Below, piece by piece: positions 57,453 through 64,000 of a DNA stretch of 64,000 bases; the stretch's first letter is position 1; the number at the start of each line of letters is the position of its first letter. Source of the DNA: Enoplolaimus lenunculus (Eukaryota); assembly GCA_030248215.1 (NCBI GenBank), contig JASANG010000621.1:248001-312000 (forward strand), read 5' to 3'. The translations under genes were made by a program, and so were the position numbers. The notes below the pieces were generated by a model, which saw only the letters and a program-made list of their open reading frames with translations, searched no databases and was not told the DNA's origin.

Positions 57453-58724
57453 GATATTATACGTTCGAAAGCTTATTATCCTGGGGTGTTAACTTCGCAT
57501 TAGGGTTTTAAAATTTTGAGTAGTTTATAGCTACGTTTCCCAGCTACCGCATTTAATTCAGGACTTTGGCATTCTACATGTTGTGTTTACACATAGGATT
57601 TCAATTTTCAATGATGTTCGAGTACACAAAGGAAAACCAAATGTCTCATAAGTACATAACGCCCCGGTTGGATGAAATGCTTCAACCGTGTCTTCAAAAG
57701 TTAATTCAAACAAATTATTTTTCCACTAAAAGCGATAAAACAGTTTTAAAAATGAATTTTTTGGTAACAAGTATTTTTTGTTTTCCGGTTCCAGTAATTT
57801 TATATTCCGGTTTTACCCTGATATATACATATTATTTATATATTGGGAAATATGAGTTTAGCGTATGGCCTAGGTGCAATCGAAATATTTGTGAGCATTT
57901 TCCGGCTCGGTTCCCTAGCGCGACCTAGTTTTCCATTTTCTTCTCTAAACAATAGCCGGACTGCGTCGAATATAGTGGTGCTTGTTCTCGTGTTAATATA
58001 TTTAGTTTTTGTTTTAAATTTTAAAATTTAACTACTGAGTTTAAGTGTTGCCATAGAAATAGGAAAACTATTGCAGTTATGGTGCTGTATATCAGGGTGT
58101 AAACGAATAGAAAAAGTAACGAAACGGAGAACATGTATTCAGGAAAAAACTTTTGAAATGTTTTACTTTTCATTCTATATAGTTGTTTGCCTGGTAAATT
58201 TAAGTGTTTTACTACCTTGTCTTAGGACAATAGAACGGTTTTCGGTGACTTACAAGCAGGGCTGAAAATTTTCTTTTGGGCAAAATTTTTTCAGCCGTGC
58301 TGAGCCCCCCACCCGTGGCCCCCCTCTGGCTACGGGCTCAGAGCCGGCTTATAAAACGTCGACGTAGATCACATCTCTGTAATCTTGGCTTTGTGTTGCA
58401 CTTATCGATTCAAGGTTAACAATAAAGTGTTTCACTGTCAAATATATATTTTATCACATTTTTAAATTAATATTTAAAAGTTTGACAAATTTTTTAATAA
58501 CAAAAGTTGCTCGAAATCCACAAAAAAACCAAACGTATTCGAAAGATTTATTGTGACCTTAATTTGATTATTTAATTAATTGTTTATGAGTTTATCGTTT
58601 TTAACAAAAACTATCAATGTTCAATTTTTCCCCTATTAAAAGCTATGGTTGACCGAACATTTTTAATTCTTTATCGATAGTCAGGACTCTAGGAGCACAT
58701 TACAACTGAGTCGTGTGCGGTCGA

Positions 58725-58867
58725 CAGTGCCGGAGCCTGCTAGCGTGGGCCGCCCCCACAAAATTCTGAGTTCCTAAAAGTCTATTTAAAATCTTGTTAC
58801 AGTGCGGGCCCCTCTTTGTGACGGGACCCTCCAAATCGGTGGTATGGGGGTGGCTGCTCCGGCCCTG
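58725..58867. mobile_element. hAT-type MITE, CAGGGCCGGAGC family
   Basis: CAGTGCCGGAGC / GCTCCGGCCCTG; right end shared with 22874-23064. Confidence 0.72.
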
Positions 58868-59824
58868 CGAGTCGACCAGAGATGAGTGATGAATTCGCGC
58901 ACAAAATTAATGAAGTCTATATGAAAGTACCTTTATGAAGTTATCATCTTCTCGATCGTAGAGGTCTAAATTTGCTTTACATGGTTGTCCTCCAGTACCG
59001 AAATCCCTAGCTGCGCGCCTAGTCTGGTATTCTCTATAGTAATATCTTACAACCCTCGTATGTTCGTAACTGCATTAATATCATGAATTGAAGATTTCGT
59101 TTACTTTTACACCAGAACATAAATGCATATAAAAGGCGTTGTAAACAATAAATATATAACAGAGTCACGATCGAACTTTGCATTTTTACTTGTTTGAGTT
59201 AATAGTCTGTGTCTGTGTCTCAAAAATTGTTTCAATATGGTTTGAATTGAAAAGATTTAATAACTTTTTAAATTTTAAAAACAGGGAAGACATAGATACT
59301 GTATTTTTGAGAGACAAAACATTAATGCTCCCAACCCTCCCGCTCCACTCTGGCTGGAGCCCCGGTACTGAAAAACAAACTCAATTTTGAAAGCTGTACT
59401 GAGACCAAAAATTGATTGCTTTGAGAAGTTTGAATACAGAAAATGCGCTTGGGTTCTGGCTCACTTTGCTCGCGACATTTCATTACATTCAAATGGCACT
59501 CGTACTAATGGTATTAACTAAATAAACCGATGCATTTTTAATCTGAAGAGCATGTGCGGATCTAACGGGCAATTCTGGACATCGGATCCCCGCACCGAAT
59601 CCTAAGCAAGTTGTAGTTTTACTATGGGATTTAATACTAAAACGACGTCTTGGTACTTGTTGATTTCGCTTGCGAGATCTTTTATTCGCTGCTGCTAAAG
59701 AGCACGAACACCCGATAATCATAGCCTAATGTAAGCATAAACATGGGCGACAATGTGTCGACTCGACCAGATTTAATATTATAATATAGTTTGTCGGTTG
59801 ACGAGTTGTCTGGCAGCGAGTGTT

Positions 59825-60120
59825 GTCATTTCTTTTTGATATCTCTAACTTTTAATATATTTTGTTTCTCATTTTTTTGATTTTGTTCTTTAATACTTTG
59901 AGACATTTGTCTTTTTTGTAATATATCTTGTTAATATTTTTTATTCGTTTCCATCTTGATATTTTTGTTCATTAATATATTTTAAAACATTCTTCTTGTA
60001 TGGCATATTTTCTTATGATTGGTTTTAATTTTTGATATATTTCTTCTTAATATCGCTTTATTTTTTGATACTGTTTATTTTTGTCATACATTACTTTTTT
60101 TGTTTTTTTGATTTTCTCGC
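59825..60120. repeat. T-rich low-complexity tract
   Basis: Strong T skew with recurring TTTTTGATAT-like words. Confidence 0.65.
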
Positions 60121-61766
60121 TTGAAAAAATGAAAAATACCCTCAACTGAACCGTTCGAGAGTAAAGCGAGGGTGAAACATGAGATAATTTTCAAATATTT
60201 TTTGTCTTGTTTCGTGTCAATTTTGAGTTGACACAAGTCATTTTAAGAGGTTATCCTGAAAAGTATTTCGGCGTAGAACTTGGATAATAAAGTAATGTGA
60301 AATGCGGATTTTTTCTGCGTTTTTGTCTATGTTTTGACATAATGGCTGTCCCCAGTGGATAAATACAATTCAGATTCAGTACTGTCTTCTTTGTCATTTA
60401 TTGATGTGTGTGTAATTCTTTTTTTGTGTTTCATTGATGTTAGTATTTTCTTTATTTGTATATTTTATTTAATCCTATTAGTGTTAAAGATTTTGACTTT
60501 GCGGACTGGGCGCTTTATAGTCATTGGATGACCACTAGCGAAAAATTGAAAATGAATATATTTTGAAAATGCTCGTCTTATAGTTGTAGGGTCGGCACAT
60601 ATAATGTACACTTTCACCCCACAGGCTTTGGTTTAGGAAAAATTTTACCTACTTATGTTTAAGCTTAAACCTTGCTAAGCCTAAAGCTAAAGCCTAAATG
60701 TGAGCCTTTATTTTTAATGTTTGGCGAGTGTACAAGAGTCGTATGGCATTCAAAGCCTGATAGGTCCTGTAAGCACCTGGACTACGTTTAGACAAACCCT
60801 ACAACAAATATAGCAAAGACCATTTTTGAGCCGACGAGATGTCATCTTTCGACTAGAGATTTTTGGATCAGGCATGGCCAGATGGTGTAGACAGAAAATT
60901 AATTCGGACGGTATCATTTCAATGAAGGAATTTTACAAACGAGCGAACAAAATGATTTTATATATTTTCACAAAATATTGCTTTCGCTGACAGGGGATTA
61001 ATTTCATAGAAAGTAACGAGTCGTAGCCGCCGCCCTGCGATCTTCTGTACGCCACTGACTTGGATAATTCGCCATTGTTGCTTGGGTAACGCGGGTCAGT
61101 TGTCGGTGGCGAATACAGAAATTTGTGACGAACCCGCACGATACATAGCAAAAAAGTACGCGAGCGCAACGGTCAAGAAACCAGACGTAATTTTCGTCCG
61201 AATATATAATCTTAACACAAAAATTTTCTTTTTAACCTCTGTTGAGGATCTAAGCCTGAATGAAACCTTCTTCAGCACCCCAGTGAAGGTCGCAATGGAA
61301 ATAAACCAAACAGCTGACTCAAGGACAGATATGAGTCACCTTATTTTCGTCATATATATTTAGTGACGTATATATGTTGAATCATTCACATATAATAGCG
61401 TATATTGTTGTTGTTTAGATCGATAGTTTTTTTTACTAAACTGCTTAGAAAAATTATAGGGGATTGGAGTGCAGTAGTTAGAAAAGCCCGTCAGCAAGAA
61501 GCCAAATGTAATTTTAGCAGTGAATTGGTTTTAGTTATCCTGCTTCAATGGTCATGTGAATGAGCCGCTTGAATTTGTCAGTGCTGAAGGCCTAAAGATT
61601 TTAGTATTTCAGGTTCAAAACGTCGTTTCTCACCAATCATTCAGAATGTTTATTAAAATGTCTACTTAAACTAAACAGGTTTGATAATGAAACATATATC
61701 AGTGCCAGATTTTCTATATTTCCAACTTTAGATTTTATAATTAAACTCCTTAAACTCAGGCCTGTA

Positions 61767-61926
61767 CGGGATCGGAGCCAGAGGGGGCCCAGCCGCCATG
61801 AAAAAATTTTGCCTGCACTTTGATAATTTTAAACCTTGCTTGTGAGTCATCAAAAACCCTTGTATGTCCCTCCTGAAGCAGGTTTAACCTCCCCTCCCCA
61901 AGCCGGGCAAGCTAGCTACAAGCCTG
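61767..61926. mobile_element. hAT-type MITE (CAGGCTCGTAGC-like ends)
   Basis: Diverged ends CGGGATCGGAGCCAG / CTAGCTACAAGCCTG with perfect TSD GGCCTGTA (61759-61766, 61927-61934). Confidence 0.72.
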
Positions 61927-62116
61927 GGCCTGTAGCATTACAGAAATGCAGCAAATTTTGAAACGATATAGTCTTACAGTTATAATAAACAGAGGATCGT
62001 TAATCTCTAATATCCAGAAGTTTATTCTTAATAATGTAAAAGTCAAACCATCTCTTTCTTGTCTACTTAAATTTCGAATACTGATATATCTCTTCTATTC
62101 TTTGCCGTCGTATAGG

Positions 62117-62331
62117 CAATGGCGGATCCATGCGTGGGCCACCCCGGCCGTGCTCCCCCAACAGCATCTGGACAAAAATTATATAGTGTCAATTGCTGTT
62201 CTACGCTGTTACTTCTCTTTTATACACAATAGTATAAGCACGCTTTGGGTCACTACAGTATGGGTCTGAAATAAGTTTATTACGTTTGAAATTTCGCCCC
62301 CCCCCATTTTGAGATCCTGGATCCGCCACCG
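62117..62331. mobile_element. hAT-type MITE, same family as 50174-50356
   Basis: CAATGGCGGATCCA / TGGATCCGCCACCG; perfect TSD CGTATAGG; shared internal blocks. Confidence 0.92.
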
Positions 62332-62878
62332 CGTATAGGAATTCGACCCTAGGAGCCAGCTGCCAGAAAATCATCTTTTTTAGTCAAAAGTGTTTACAAG
62401 GGGGTAACGTAAGAAATTAATATTTTTTCAAACATGATCAAAACTATTGTCAAACAGAGTCAAACAAAAGTGGTTTCACGCAAAGTTTATCTGTTATCCT
62501 ATTAATTGCGTACCCGCCCCAATGGGTCCCCAATACCACAACCGTTGGTATTGTTTTTAGTCAGCTTTTTTTAAGTTTTTTTCCTCAAAATATATAAACA
62601 CTGTAAAACTTTGTTTATTGTTTATTCAAACATTGCGTGATTACAATATTTACCTTTTTCCGTCCGACCGTCTCCCTCTGACATTTCTAATGGAATAGTG
62701 GTTGCAATTGAACTACTTAAATAGACGTTGTTGACCTGTTACTGTTTATGCATACACTCCCAAGGGCGTAACAACCGGGAGCGTATACAAGACAGGATTG
62801 GAAGGATATATCCCACCGAAATTGCAGGACACTCGAAAAAGGTCTTTTCGGGCCCGTAGCCAAGGAAGGGGGGTCAGG

Positions 62879-62976
62879 CAGTGGCGGATCCAGGATCTCA
62901 AAATGGGGGGAAATTTCACAGGTAATAAACTTTGTCACAAAATTGCTATATAATTTTTGTCGAGATGCTGTTGGGG
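62879..62976. mobile_element. Partial, reverse-oriented copy of the 50174/62117 MITE family
   Basis: CAGTGGCGGATCCAGGATCTCAAAATGGGGGG...TTTTGTCGAGATGCTGTTGGGGG. Confidence 0.8.
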
Positions 62977-63719
62977 GAATGTAAAATATTCTTTAAAGGT
63001 TAAAAAAATTTTCTCACTGGCTGCGCTGTTAGCAAAAAATGTTGGACATGGGTTTATTCCGTTTCGAAAGGTAATCCTGGCTACGCCATCTGCTAACAAC
63101 ACAATGATTTTTATGGGAAGGTTGCGGAGGTGCCCGGGACATTTAAAATGTAAACGTATGTTTCGTTCTTTTATGCAGTTTTTGTGGATACATCTAAGTG
63201 GAGGGCGCTTAGGCTGAAGCTATTCCATCAGGTTTGATAAGCCAAGAAAAGTAATATAACGTCATCATATCGCACATAATTTACAAGTAAGCTAAAACAG
63301 CTTCGAGGGAGGTTGTGAAAAATGCGAAGTAGATGAATGAGAATCGTATAACATTGCATGAAAGCCTATCCAAGTGATATCTTTAAGCTGACGTTTGCAT
63401 TTTGTCTACGCTGAATGCAGTGCACCCTTGTTCGATACTGTTTTATAATTAATATCATTGATTTTAAGTATATAATATGTTTTGTCCATAAGTTTACTTC
63501 GTTAACACTACTGACATTTTGTTTTTATCATGTAAAACTACTGTTACTCAGCGCAGCGTCGATAACATCATTTTAGTGCAATTTTGTAGTTGTATCCTTA
63601 GGTTAAAATATGCATGAAAATTAAAAAAAATATAAAATTTAATCAACTTTTAAATTTGTGTTTCAAAGTTTTGGCACGGTTCGAGCGCGGCTACAAGGCT
63701 ATAAATGTGGCGGTACCTA

Positions 63720-63993
63720 AATTTTGACCGATGCCAATTGTTTTTTGAAAATACGCCGATGTCGCATTGATACCGATTCCAAATTTACGATTATAATTTT
63801 AGGACAACGGTTCATTTCAGTTAATTTTTTTCAAATACAAAAGCAAGAAAGACAGCAGTTGCTTCCTGATCTGACACAGTGATATACGCCATGAAGTGAA
63901 ATTGATAGCATTCTAAGTGTCATGTGCGAAAAGTATCGGCAAACATTCTATTAACTATGCCGATGCCTATCCCGATTAATCGGCACATCCCTA
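63720..63993. mobile_element. Right end of a TAGGGATGTG-type hAT-like MITE
   Basis: Ends CCGATTAATCGGCACATCCCTA with repeated CCGAT subterminal words; the left end was not identified. Confidence 0.5.
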
Positions 63994-64000
63994 TACAGGG

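Larger units (their letters stand above)
56537..57820. mobile_element. CAGGGTGCAACCGG-family MITE interrupted by nested insertions
   Basis: Starts CACGGTGCAACCGGAATTCC and ends TTCCGGTTTTACCCTG; segments ~57040-57090, ~57525-57575 and ~57755-57820 are collinear with 34320-34557. Confidence 0.7.

Overview
AT-rich eukaryotic (animal) genomic DNA, most likely from an intron-rich, large-genome nematode. That assignment rests on nematode-type SDHB residues and on degenerate TTAGGC repeats scattered through the window. Two spliced protein-coding genes can be reconstructed on the + strand: SDHB (9 exons visible, 721-7607, first exon not located, one intron apparently GT..CG) and a Di-Ras (DIRAS)-like small GTPase (15623-17436, start exon uncertain). 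Between them on the - strand lies a decayed element with a Gypsy-type integrase followed by an OTU cysteine-protease domain and no visible RT/RNase H, i.e. a Ginger1-like DNA transposon. Its OTU domain is split by a 1.4-kb hAT-type element with an 8-bp TSD. The remaining ~46 kb has no confidently identifiable exon. It is a dense, often nested landscape of MITEs (hAT-type with 8-bp TSDs, several families carrying telomere-like TTAGGC cores), DINE-1/HINE-like Helentron derivatives, foldback elements and tandem duplications. Nearly all ORFs in the supplied track are spurious. All alignments were done by eye; no searches were run.
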